From positions 164,610,001 through 164,674,000 of the forward strand of contig OZ024741.1 of assembly GCA_964016885.1 (NCBI GenBank): a stretch of DNA of 64,000 nt, written 5' to 3'. The position numbers and the translations under genes were made by a program. Position 1 is the stretch's first letter. The number at the start of each line of letters is the position of its first letter. The DNA is from Eledone cirrhosa (Eukaryota). The notes beneath the pieces are model-generated. The model ran no database searches and had not been told where the DNA came from. It saw only the letters and a list, made by a program, of their open reading frames with translations. Of this stretch, positions 39,181 to 52,666 are shown piece by piece.

Positions 39181-40100
39181 CTCATCCATTTTAATTCTAC
39201 TTCTGATCAATTTTGCAATAACCCTTTCTGTAACTTCCATAACCTGGTCAGGCAGTTTGAGACCTCAGCAACTGCTTTGCTCTAGTAGAGAAGTTCTTAA
39301 AAACACGCACCTGTTGGTTTTCACTTCAATTTATTATAAGTTTCCAGTTGGTTGGTTGATTGGTTCGATAACTGGAAGGTTGTTTGTATATTGTCAAAGC
39401 TCTTTTGTCACACATTTTGTGACCTCCTCAATAATAAATTGAAGTGAAAAACCAACAGGTGCGTGTTTTTATTGGCAGCATGTCCCTCCCAAAGTATAAC
39501 AATATCTGTCGCAACACACATTTTCAGATAAGAAATCTCACAAAACAAATTCAAAACTAATTATATATATGTGTGTGTGTGTGTGTGTGTGCTTCTAATT
39601 TTGGCACAAGACCAGCAATTACCCTAGTGCATTACTGGTACTTTATTTTATCGCCCCCGTAAGGATGAAAGGCACAGCTAACCTCGGCTGGATTGGAACT
39701 CAGAACGTAAAGGGCCATAACTCTATGCTGCAAAGCATGGCGTCTGACGCTCTACCATAATGTAGAGTGCTCCCCAAAGTATTCTTTCTGTGTGTGTTAC
39801 TGTTAGTTACACACACACACATATATGTATAAAATTAAGGATGCTTTTCGAAATGGGATCAGAAAGGAAGCAGAGTTAAATGAGGTACTCAATACATTAG
39901 TAGAGAAGAAAGATATTTGTTTTATATAGACATGACTACAATATGACTATAGAGTTGTTTCTTCATTCATAACCAACAGAATGTACCTCAGGACATTCCT
40001 GATGGTGTCATATGAATGGAAGAGCTCTAGTCATGTTGACATTTATGTCTATATGAAATAAATATCTATCTATATACATACATACATACATGTATATAAT

Positions 40101-40147
<47 letters not shown>

Positions 40148-40329
40148 CACAGATGTATATACAAACACACATATGTATACACATACATTCAAATATGTAT
40201 ATACATACATTCACATATATATATATATATACATACACACATACACACACACATATATATATATACACACACACACAATTTTTCTCTTAATTTACACACA
40301 CACGCACACACATACATACACACACACAC

Positions 40330-40383
<54 letters not shown>

Positions 40384-40455
40384 GTCTATATTAAGAGAAA
40401 TTATATTATATAAGGACATAATTGTTATGAAAACACACACACACATACAGAGATG

Positions 40456-40488
<33 letters not shown>

Positions 40489-40507
40489 GTGTGTGTGTGT
40501 ATGTGTG

Positions 40508-40546
<39 letters not shown>

Positions 40547-40859
40547 CAGCTATTTATCCTCTGTAATCCTACTTGCCTTCTGGCAGTGACTAGTTTCAAA
40601 TGAAGGAATGTACTCGGTTCAAAGAGGCATATGTGTATGTACAGGAGGGGTGGGGCTGCCCCAGATTCTTAACTATATACAATGACTGAGGATATATATA
40701 TATATATTTATATATATATAAATATATATACACGCTGAGGGTTGTTGTTTTATGTTGGTTAGCTGTATATACATACACACATGTGTGTGGTGTGTATATA
40801 TATCAAATGAGGAAAGACTGTTACAAGTGGTGCAACACTAAACTAGAAAGGACCCATAG

Positions 40860-40916
<57 letters not shown>

Positions 40917-40966
40917 TGTATGCATTTACATATATGTATGTATATATATTTATATATATATATATA

Positions 40967-41092
40967 CGGTGGAGAAGACGAAGGACCGTGACAAGTGGAG
41001 AGATGCTGTGCTAAATAAGGCCTGTCCCACCCTTGCAAGCAGGGAAAAGCGGACGTAAAATGATGATGATGATAATGATGATGATGATGATG
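40967..41092 (+). mobile_element. Extreme 3' end of an RTE LINE sharing the group-C SINE tail
   Basis: [26 protein letters not shown] overlaps gtcccacccttgcaagcagggaaaagcggacgtaaaatgatg. Confidence 0.8.
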
Positions 41093-41161
41093 ATATACAT
41101 ACACACACATACCTATATACACATACATTCATACATACATGTATATACGTACATATACATA

Positions 41162-41215
<54 letters not shown>

Positions 41216-41330
41216 CATACCTATATACACATGCATTCATACATACATACATGTATATACATATGTAAATACATACATAGATATATAGACATACATAAAT
41301 ACATGCATACATTGATATATACATACTTAC

Positions 41331-41405
<75 letters not shown>

Positions 41406-41438
41406 TAGATACATAAATATATAAATACATACATACGT

Positions 41439-41480
<42 letters not shown>

Positions 41481-41688
41481 TCATACATGTATATACATAT
41501 ATATAAATACATACATACATACATATAAATAAATACATACATACATACATATATATAAATACATACATAAGTACATATATATAAATACATACATAAGTAC
41601 ATATATATAAATACATACATACATCTAACCCATGCTAGCGTGGAAAATGGACGTTAAACGAAGATGATGATGATGATGATATATATAA

Positions 41689-41747
<59 letters not shown>

Positions 41748-41791
41748 TACAATATATTAATAAATGGAAACTATATTTATAAAACCATAAT

Positions 41792-41857
41792 TATTTTATT
41801 ATATATATTTCAAGGGCGACCAAGGTAAATTATGGTGCGCTTTCATCAGATAAAATA
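41792..41857 (-). ncRNA. Minimal type-I hammerhead (family D, second copy)
   Basis: Minus strand tattttat-CTGATGA-aag...ctt-GAAA-tatata-TA-ataaaata; stem II differs from the 31975 copy but still pairs. Confidence 0.72.
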
Positions 41858-42441
41858 CAGATTTGTTTTATAAATAAATATTGACATACCCAGAAAAATG
41901 ACAACCTCAACGGTTGAAATTCGCTGGATATATATATATCGACAGTCGATCGACTTTCGTCAAATCGGACCGAGGAAACAATGTTTCCGTTGGTCTTTCC
42001 AATTGCTAGTACTCTGTATCGGTCGCAACTCCCGGTAGAAGGAGCAACGTGAAATAAAGTGTCTTGCTCAAGGACATAACGCATTGCCCGGTCTGGGAAT
42101 CGAACTTACAACCTCACGATTAGGAATCCAATTCTCTAACCACTCGACCACACGCCTTCACATATATATATATGTATATATATATACTGCATCATCATCA
42201 TCATCATCAACGTTTAACGTCCATGTTCCACGCTTGCATGGGTTTGGACGGGGGTTTTCCCACTTGAGGCAAGAGTGGTTGTCTTGCTCGCATAGGACTG
42301 TCTGGCGGGTTTTCTACAGCTGGATGCCCTTCCTAACACCAACCACATTTACAGTGTGGGGCTGGGAGGTTTTTACCGTGTTGCCTACACGGCCACATTA
42401 CAGCGTGGACTGTGTGTTTTTTTGTCGTGACACCTACACGA

Positions 42442-42477
<36 letters not shown>

Positions 42478-43084
42478 TTAAGTCGTTTGGAAGCCTCGAC
42501 AATGCAAATGGGTAAATCTCCGGGTAACAAGGTCCGGTGGTGGAGAGAGAGATGTAAGTGGGTGTACGTTGAGATGCGTGGTGTGTATAAGATGTGTGAG
42601 ATGTGTAGAATGGAGGGAAGAGTAAAAGGATAAAAATAAAAATAACAACACAAGAGAGAGTTACCTTGGGAGAGATTTAATAGTCCCTATATATTTCGGA
42701 TTCACATCCATCAACTGGGGTTTTTTTCCGGGGTGGGGGAAAAGGTTGTCTGTCGGACAAGTCTGGAAGGCGTCTTTCGCTGTTTGCTGATTTGAATATC
42801 ATATATATTATATATATATATATATATATAAACATACATACATGCAAACATACCATTAATAAATCTAATATTATATATGAACTGAATGCGAGATCTAGCA
42901 TTCAACAGTGAAACAGCAATGCATACAATGTCCTCCATGAATGAACATATAAGAAAGCAACTCATTCCTTCACTGTACCATACCATTACCATATACTCCT
43001 TACACCATGGTCACACATCAATACACATAAGAATATGTCTGTAGCTGGGTGTCTGGGTGTGTGTCTGTGTGTACACACATACAC

Positions 43085-43121
<37 letters not shown>

Positions 43122-43126
<5 letters not shown>

Positions 43127-43806
43127 AATTAAGTTAAAAATGTACATCCACATATGTATACTGAAATACTAGTATGCATATGAATACACACACGTATACA
43201 TATGTAGATGTACCGAGTTTTTCACTGGTCACTTTACTGCGAGTGTCCAGCTATTCTGTATGTAAACACACAGACAAACCGGTTTTTAGAGTCATACTGG
43301 TTTTTGAGGAAACACCTTTCCTCTATTCTCCAGAAAGCCAGACAAGGAATATTGAACTAGTTTCGATGTTGTTACATCTCATCAGCAATATTTACCTATC
43401 TTCCGGCCTCTCTAGAGAATCGTAAAAGCACATATCGTTATATGCTTTTTCTATGAAAATTAGTAGTGGGCAGACTAACTTGCATAGAGCGTGAGTACGT
43501 ACCGGTTCAACGGAGACGATAAAAACAAATAACGAAACGAAATTAAACCTCGTTTCGTTTGTAACTCACTTTTGTATGACTGACGCTTAAACAATTAAGT
43601 TAAAAATGTACATCCACATATGTATACTGAAATACTAGTATGCATATGAATACACACACGTATACATATGTAGATGTACCGAGTTTTTCACTGGTCACTT
43701 TACTGCGAGTGTCCAGCTATTCTGCATGTAAACACACAGACAAACCGGTTTTTAGAGTCATACTGGTTTTTGAGGAAACACCTTTCCTCTATTCTCCAGA
43801 AAGCCA
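43122..43806 (-). mobile_element. 1.47-unit tandem repeat (466-bp unit) carrying a hammerhead; retrozyme/Penelope pLTR-like
   Basis: 43122-43340 is repeated at 43588-43806; flanked by (TA)n on both sides. Confidence 0.75.
43348..43392 (-). ncRNA. Intact minimal type-I hammerhead ribozyme
   Basis: Minus strand AATATTG-CTGATGA-GATGT aaca ACATC-GAAA-CTAG-TT-CAATATT: 7-bp stem I, 5-bp stem II, palindromic ACTAGT helix III, GUU cleavage site. Confidence 0.85.
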
Positions 43807-43821
43807 TATATATATATATAT

Positions 43822-44193
43822 CATCATTTCATCATCATTTCATTTTACGTCCGCTTTTTCCCTGTTTGCAAGGGTGGGACGGGAACTGATTCTGGCTTGA
43901 TTTCTACAGCTGGATGCCCTTCCTAACACCAACCTCATTTACAGTGAGTGCTGGGTGCTTTTTTGCCGTGGCACCTCCACGACCACTTTGCAGTGGAATG
44001 ACAGGGACCCCAGTCCCTATCATCTCATTTCTACAGCTGAGTAATGTGAAATAAAGTGGAACAATGTGAATAAACTGGAACAATGTGAAATAAAGTGTCT
44101 TGCTCAAGGAAACAACACATCACCCGGTCTGAGAATTGAACTCACAACCTTTCGATTGCAAGGCCAATGCTCTAACCACTAAGCCATGTGCTT

Positions 44194-44195
<2 letters not shown>
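43822..44195 (-). mobile_element. Group-C SINE with a small internal duplication
   Basis: Reverse complement of 21077-21425. Confidence 0.88.
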
Positions 44196-44240
<45 letters not shown>

Positions 44241-44271
44241 TATATGTACACACATACTCATATATATACAT

Positions 44272-44304
<33 letters not shown>

Positions 44305-44560
44305 CACACACACAGACATATATATATATTTACATACACACATATATACATGCATATACACAACAAGCACACACATATATATATATACATGCATATACAC
44401 ATACACACACATATATACATATATATATACATACACACATATGTATATATATATATAATTATACACATACATACACACACACATATATACATACACACAC
44501 ACACATATATATATATATAGATACACACACACACATATATATATATATACATACACACAG

Positions 44561-44605
<45 letters not shown>

Positions 44606-44669
44606 TTTATATACACATACTCACACACATGTATATATATATATATATATACATACACATAAACTACCA

Positions 44670-44935
44670 CACTGTTGATTACAATGAGTGTTCCAGTTGA
44701 TATGTTCCATCTAACAGACTGCACACGAAATTAAATATCTAAGTGGCTGAGCATACCACAGACACATATACAGTTAACATAGTTCTCAGGGAGATTCAAC
44801 GTGACATGGGATGTGACAAAGTTTGCCCTTGAATTACAGGTACAACTTATTTTTGCCAGCTGAGTGGGCTGGAGCAACAAGAAACAAAGTGTCTTGCTCA
44901 AGGACACAATGTGCCACCAAGAATTGAACTCACCT
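44670..44935 (-). mobile_element. Older CORE-like SINE
   Basis: aaagtgtcttgctcaaggacac and gaattgaactc on the plus strand. Confidence 0.65.
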
Positions 44936-45127
44936 TATATATATATACATATATATACATACATATATACACACAAATTCATACATATATACATACATAT
45001 ATACATATATGCATATACATATACATACATATATACACACATATGCACACATATATACATACATATATACACACATATATATATATTCATATATCCATAT
45101 ATATATATAGACATATACGTATACATA

Positions 45128-45435
45128 ATCATCATCATCACTGTTTTATGTCCGTTCTTCCACGCTAGCATGGGTTAGGCGGTTTGTCCTGTTGTGGGCA
45201 GTGTCTGGTCGGCTGACCATGCCTTGCTCATACGGGAACTGATTTGGCTTGGCTTCTACAGCTGGATGCCCTTCCTAACACCAACCTCATTTACAGTGAG
45301 TGCTGGGTGCTTTTTCGTGGTACCTACACGTCCACTTTACAGTGTGGGCTGGGTGCTTTTTTACCGTGGCACCTCCACGATCACCTTGCGGTGGGAGGGT
45401 GTGGGGGCATATTGTCTATATGCTTCAGCTTGTAC
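45128..45435 (-). mobile_element. 3' UTR of RTE family A (starts at the ORF stop)
   Basis: Near-identical to 59431-59745. Confidence 0.85.
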
Positions 45436-45466
45436 ATAATACATATATATATAGACATATACATAT

Positions 45467-45538
<72 letters not shown>

Positions 45539-45884
45539 GACATATATGTATATATATATGTATATATATATATATAGACATATACGTATATACGTATATG
45601 TCTATATATATATATATATATATATACATATATATACATACATATATTAATATACACACACACACTCACACACAAAATATTGTTTCCTTGACAACCACCA
45701 CCTTACATGCTATTACTATTACACCCTTACCCCCACGACTACCACCACCACCACTATCACCACCACCACCACTAACCCCCCCCCCACACACACACACCAG
45801 CATCACCAAAATTTTGGAAAGTATTTTTTTTTCTTTTGCCATGGCCTGATGAATAATTATGGATCTCGGATATTGACAACTATG

Positions 45885-45900
45885 TCTGTGTGTGTATGTG

Positions 45901-45933
<33 letters not shown>

Positions 45934-47770
45934 TTATGTGTATGTGCATGTGTGTGTACTTATATGTATGTGCATGTGTGTGTGTGTTTATGTGCATGTG
46001 TGTGTGTATTTATGTGTATGTGCATGTGTGTGTGTATTTATATGTGCATGTGTGTGTGTGTTTATGTGCATGTGTGTGTGTATTTATGTGTATGTGCATG
46101 TGTGTGTGTATTTATATGTGCATGTGTGTGTGTGTTTATGTGCATGTGTGTGTGTATTAATGTGTATGTGCATGTGTGTGTGTATTTATGTGTATGTGCA
46201 TGTGTGTGTATTTATATGTATGTGCATGTGTGTGTGTATTTATGTGTATGTGCATGTGTGTGTGTATTTATGTGTATGTGCATGTGTGTGTGTATTTATG
46301 TGCATGTGTGTGTGTATTTATGTGCATGTGCATGTGTGTGTGTATTTATGTGTATGTGCATGTGTGTGTGTGTTTATGTGTGTGTGTATTTATGTGTATG
46401 TGCATGTGTGTGTGTATTTATATGTATGTGCATGTTTGTGTGTATTTGTGTATGTGCATGTGTGTGTGTATTTATACGCATGTGCATGTGTGCGTGTATT
46501 TATGTGTATGTGCATGTGTGTTTATTTATGTGCATATGCATGTGTGTGTGTATTTATATGTATGTGCATGTGTGTGTGTATTTATGTGCATGTGCATGTG
46601 TGTGTGTATTTATGTGCATGTGTGTGTGTGTGTATTTATGTGTATGTGTATTTATGTGTATGTGCATGTGTGTGTGTATTTATATGTATGTGCATTTGTG
46701 TGTGTATTTATGTGTATGTGCATGTGTGTGTGTATGTATGTGCATGTGCATGTGTGTGTGTTTTTATATGTATGTGCATGTGTGCGTGTATTTATGTGTA
46801 TGTGCATGTGTGCGTGTATTTATGTGTATGTGCATGTGTGTGTGTATTTATATGTATGTGCATTTGTGTGTGTATTTATGTGTATGTGCATGTGTGTGTG
46901 TATGTATGTGCATGTGCATGTGTGTGTATTTATATATGTGCATGTGTGTGTGTATTTATGTGCATGTGCATGTGTGTGTATTTATGTGTATGTGGATGTG
47001 TGTGTGTATTTGTGTATGTGCATGTGTGTGTGTATTTATGTGTATGTGCATGTGTGTGTATTTATGTGTATGTGCATGTGTGTGTGTATTTATATGTATG
47101 TGCATGTGTGTGCATGTGTATGTGTATGTGTATGTGCATGTGTATGTGCATGTGTGTGTGTGAGAGAAAAGACAGTAACTCTCTCTTGTTTACAGACATG
47201 ATAGAGTTTATGTCTGAGATAATTCTCTCTTTTTCTCCTTCAGTCTTTACACCATCTCTCTCTCTCTATATATATATCCTCCCACTCTCTATGAATCTAT
47301 ATTTACCTCCCTCTCTCTGTATCTATCTATCTATCTACCCCCCTCTCTCACCCTATATCTATCTTTACCTCCCTCTCTCTGTATCTATCTATCTATCTAC
47401 CTTCCACTCTCTCTCCCTATATCTATCTTTACCTCCCTCTCTCTGTATCGATCTATCTATCTATCTATCTACCCCCCTCACTCTCCCTATATCTATCTTT
47501 ACCTCCCTCTCTCTGTATCTATCTATCTATCGACCCTTCTCTCTCTCTCTCCCTATATTTATCTTTACCTCCCTCTCTAATCTATCTTTCGCTCTCTCTC
47601 TATATATATCTATCTTTACCTCACTTCCCCTCTCTCTCTCTCTCCATGAATCTATCTATCTTTACCTCTCTTCCTCTCTCTGTCTATCTATCTATCTTTA
47701 CCTCCCTCTCTCTGTATCTATCCTTCACTCTCTTTCTCCCTATATCTATCTTTACTTCTCTCTCTCTCTC
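45885..47770. repeat. Complex TG-rich then CT/TATC-rich microsatellite
   Basis: Direct inspection. Confidence 0.9.
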
Positions 47771-48225
47771 TGGTTTATTGACAGCCAGTTCAATGGAGAA
47801 TTGGTAAAATTACCTCCTCCCTTTACTTTATCTCCTCCTCCCACCACTACTACTACTATCTGCCTCTCTTCCCTACTCTACCCCACTCTTGCCATCAGGG
47901 CTCTTACCCCACCCTTCTCCCATACCTCAGCAACCATTCCTGATTTATTAACATGACTCAACAGACATACTGGGACATCATGGAACTGGGGCGGGTGGTG
48001 TGGGTGCATTACTCTACATGTGTATGCATATGTATTTATGTATGTGTATGTGTGTGTGTGATGTGGAGAGAATTGTTTTTCCATTTTTCTGTCCTTTCTG
48101 GCTCCCTGTATTTTCTCTATCCCACTTTACTGATGGTAGCTCTTCTTCATCTATGTTCCTTAACTATTTTCATACCTAATCACCTAAAACCACTTCTAGT
48201 TCTATGAGACAAAACTTTGTTTTAA

Positions 48226-48761
48226 CCCTTTACCATTTATATTACTCTGGAGGCACATGACTTAGTGGTTAGAGCATTGGCCTTGCAATCGAAAGGTTGT
48301 GAGTTCAATTCTCAGACCAGGTGATGTGTTGTTTCCTTGAGCAAGACACTTTATTTCACATTGCTCCAGTTTACTCAGCTGTAGAAATGAGATGATAGGA
48401 CTGGGGTCCCTATCATTCCACTGCAAAGTGGTTGTGGAGGTGCCACGGCAAAAAAGCACCCAGCACTCACTGTAAATGAGGTTGGTGTTAGGAAGGGCAT
48501 CCAGCTGTAGAAATAAAGCCAAAATCAGTTCCCGTCCCACCCTTGCAAGCAGGGAAAAGCGGACGTAAAATGATGATGATTACTCTATATTTACTATTGT
48601 ATTTTCACAGTAAATACTTTATCTCACAAAATATTGAACCAACAAGATTTTGATATTATGTATTTTGTGAACAATACTTAATATCAGTATGACAGACAGG
48701 CTACAGCTGGTTTGAACAGAAAGAGGTGAGAGAATTGACAGCCGGTTTAAATGTTAAAGAG
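48226..48761. mobile_element. piggyBac-like MITE with group-C SINE insertion (48249-48578, TSD ATTACTCT)
   Basis: TTAA flanks at 48222 and 48762; SINE intact. Confidence 0.8.
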
Positions 48762-49108
48762 TTAAAGTGATTATATTCATCCTGAAAGGATGGAAGACAA
48801 AGTTGACTATAGTGGGATTTGAATTCCAGGTTTAGAAAGCTAGAAGAAATAGCACAACGACTGTTCTAACCATTGTGGAAACTCACTACCTTCAGTATGA
48901 TACCATGGAAATAATGGATTGGAAAATAGATCTATTGGATATAAAATAGATCTATTGGATCTATTAAACATCCTAACAGTAGTAAAGGACTTTAACTGCT
49001 AATGGAGTTGTAAGTGCACCTTTCTGAAACATGGCATTTCTGGGGTATTTAAACCTGGCAGATTCCCTTCTTCTCCAGGTCAGAACACTGCTTATTTGAG
49101 ATTGTGTG

Positions 49109-49196
<88 letters not shown>

Positions 49197-49932
49197 AAGT
49201 GGTAGTGTTGGTGTCATGATGAAATGCACTCAGTACATGCTCTAAAGTGGTTGATGTCAGGAAGGGCAGCTAGTCATAGAAACCATGCACAAATGGAACA
49301 TATGAGCAAGACTGTTTAGTTACAGAATGTGACAACCCATGCCAGCATGGAAAATGGACATAAAATGATGATGATGATGATAAAATTTCTGCAAAACATC
49401 TAAATTGCAAAAAGCAAAGCAGTTGAAATTCTTGAAGAGATTGGCATTTCCTCTTTCTAGAAGACGAAAAAAAAAAAAAAAATCAGAAAAAGAAAATGGT
49501 AGGTTGTCTTTTATAGATTAATATATCCAACCTTTGCTAGCAGGGAAAACGGATATTAAGTGATGATGATGATGATGATATACAATAATAATTCTTTCTA
49601 ACATGGCACAAGGCCAGCAATTTAAGGGGAAATGATAAGTCAATTAAATTGACCCAGTATTTGATGGGTACTTTATTTTATCAACCCCGCCAGAAAGATG
49701 AAAGCTAAAGTTGACCCCAGTGGGATTTGAACTTAGAATGTAAAGAACCGGAAGAAATACTTCAAAGCAGTTCTTCCAATGCTCCAACAATTCTGCCAGT
49801 CTTCCACCCACAATAATAATACAATAATACAGTTAGTGTAGTGTATGCATAACACATTGACTTTATATCTTCTATTTCATACATAAATACACTATTACAT
49901 TGTTGTACAAGCTATATGTAATTAGTACTACC

Positions 49933-49964
<32 letters not shown>

Positions 49965-49981
49965 ATATGTATATATATATA

Positions 49982-50174
49982 TATTTAATATAGAAATAGC
50001 TTCTATAGGACTAGAACTGATTCATTCGAAGGAAATCATCAGGAAAGGGCTTTGGCTTTCCTGATGATTTTGTTCGAATGAAACAGTCCTGTAGAAGCCA
50101 TTTTTATATTAAATATTTATACTCTGCTATGTATTGAGTACCTTACTTACTGTGGTTACCCCCAATTGAACCTG

Positions 50175-50175
<1 letters not shown>
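49982..50175. mobile_element. Inverted pair of family-A hammerhead repeats
   Basis: Plus strand tggctttc-CTGATGA-ttttgttcgaat-GAAA-cagtcctg-TA-gaagcca (50053-50100), with an inverted copy immediately to the left. Confidence 0.7.
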
Positions 50176-50215
<40 letters not shown>

Positions 50216-51049
50216 AGCTGACACACAGTGGGACTGGACCTGATTATGTGCATGCAGCTATATTGTTGTTGGTTACAATATCCAAATCTAAGAATTTGTA
50301 ACTAACAGAAAGGAAAGAAAAGATTTTACATATAAGAAATTCACTTCAAAACCATATGCTTTTGGGTTCCATCCCAAAGTGGGTCACTTTCGGGAATTGT
50401 CTTCTATTGTAATCTCAAGTTGATCAATAACGTGGAATTTGTTAGAAATTGAGTATAGAGTACTGCCTCAATGAAAATCTCATCTAACCCATATTAACAC
50501 TTCACCATTTAAACTGTTTATATACAGAATTCTCTCGCCTCTTTCTGTTCAAACCGGTTGTAAACAGCTGCTCATACTTTTGTTAAGGTATTGTTCTCAA
50601 AATAAATAATATCAAAATCTCATAGATTCAATATTATGTGAGATAAAGCCTTTACCATGAAAATATAATAGTAAATATAGATTAATGTAAATGCTAAAGG
50701 GTTGACATAGAAAATAGGACATAAAAATGATGATGATAGTCTGTTTGTGTACACATATCTATGCTGCTGTTTATGTTTATCCTCCAAACCTGGTGTTATG
50801 TTAACAATTGTAAAATGCAGTTCACTATATAGATATGGGGAAAAATAGACGACATATCAGATGGAAAGAAGTACAGGGTTTGATGTGATTGCCTAAAGTG
50901 CCAGGAATGGTGGTGCCCAAGTATGGCCACAATTGAATGAGTGAAAACAGTAAAAATTATTTCAATGTGTTTTTCCATAGCAGGGAAATTGTGTGTGGCA
51001 CCAGAAAACTTCTTCTTGGTTAGGAGAATCTAACCAACATGGGATACAT

Positions 51050-52020
51050 GTAAAGTCATTTTACCACATGGACAGCTAACATCTGGCTGTAAAGTTATTT
51101 GACCACATGGCCAGGTAACATCAGCTGGCTGCAGAGTTATTTGACCACATGACCAACTACCTTCACATGGCTGTAGAGTTATTTGACCACATGACCAACT
51201 ACCTTCTACATGGCTGTAGAGTTATTTGACCACATGACCAACTACCTTCTACATGGCTGTAGAGATATTTGACCACATGGTCAGCTAACATCCAGCTGGC
51301 TGTAGAGTTATTTGACCACATGGTCAGCTAACATCCAGCTAGCTGTAGAGTTATTTGACCACATGGTCAGCTAACATCCAGCTGGCTGTAGAGTTATTTG
51401 ACCACATGGCCAGCTAACATCCAGCTAGTTGTAGAGTTATTTGACCACATGGCCAGCTAACATCCAGCTAGTTGTAGAGTTATTTGACCACATGGTCAGC
51501 TAACATCCAGCTAGTTGTAGAGTTATTTGACCACATGGCCAGCTAACATCCAGCTAGCTGTAGAGTTATTTGACCACATGGCCAGCTAACATCCAGCTAG
51601 TTGTAGAGTTATTTGACCACATGGCCAGCTAACATCCAGCTAGTTGTAGAGTTATTTGACCACATGGTCAGCTAACATCCAGCTAGTTGTAGAGTTATTT
51701 GACCACATGGCCAGCTAACATCCAGCTAGCTGTAGAGTTATTTGACCACATGGTCAGCTAACATCCAGCTGGCTGTAGAGTTATTTGACCACATGGCCAG
51801 CTAACATCCAGCTAGTTGTAGAGTTATTTGACCACATGGCCAGCTAACATCCAGCTAGTTGTAGAGTTATTTGACCACATTGCCAGCTAACATCCAGCTA
51901 GTTGTAGAGTTATTTGACCACATGGCCAGCTAACATCCAGCTAGTTGTAGAGTTATTTGACCACATGGTCAGCTAACATCCAGCTGGCTGTAGAGTTATT
52001 TGACCACATGGCTGGCTATA
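51050..52020 (+). repeat. 43-bp minisatellite, ~22 copies
   Basis: Unit GTAGAGTTATTTGACCACATGGCCAGCTAACATCCAGCTAGTT. Confidence 0.95.
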
Positions 52021-52211
52021 AATTTTTGAGCAATACCCAGCTGTCACTAGTTATGCCTAGTCACAGATGGCAGCAAACACCTTAAGTGTGTTTTTTTCTT
52101 AAAGAGTAAGGTTCATATATCTTTGTTGTCATTAATAGTGTTGTGGTGTATGATTCATCCCCATCTGATATGTGTGTGTGTGTATATATATATATGAGAG
52201 AGAGAGGGGGG

Positions 52212-52276
<65 letters not shown>

Positions 52277-52598
52277 GTTAGAGAGAGAGATAGTGTGTGT
52301 GTGAGAGAGAGGGAATAAATTTTACTTTAGTATTCAATACTCATTCTCACGTCCATCAACATCCCCCATATAAAAGCCCCAGCTACTAGCAGTTGGTCGA
52401 GCAGTCTAAACACTTGGAGAGCTTCTGGTTTGGTGTAAGAAGAGACATCTGATTACAAGCTCCTTAAAGAACAGGGCAAAACACTTCTCAAAAAACTTTA
52501 CATCAAACATCTTATTGAAAAAACAGAAAGCATATGAAATGGAAAGTTTATTTCTTCAACAGGGGTATGGCTTTTTCTACTTTGGTGTGTGTATATAC

Positions 52599-52644
<46 letters not shown>

Positions 52645-52666
52645 ATATATAAAATTTAATATCGAA

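Noticed and set aside
39930-40010. Minus-strand CTGAGGTA...GAAA caa/ttg TA motif
   Set aside because: Core spacing is non-canonical; kept only as a carrier of the GTATTGAGTAC motif.
45890-47956. 688-aa and overlapping Cys/Val/Met ORFs
   Set aside because: Translations of TG- and CT-rich microsatellite.
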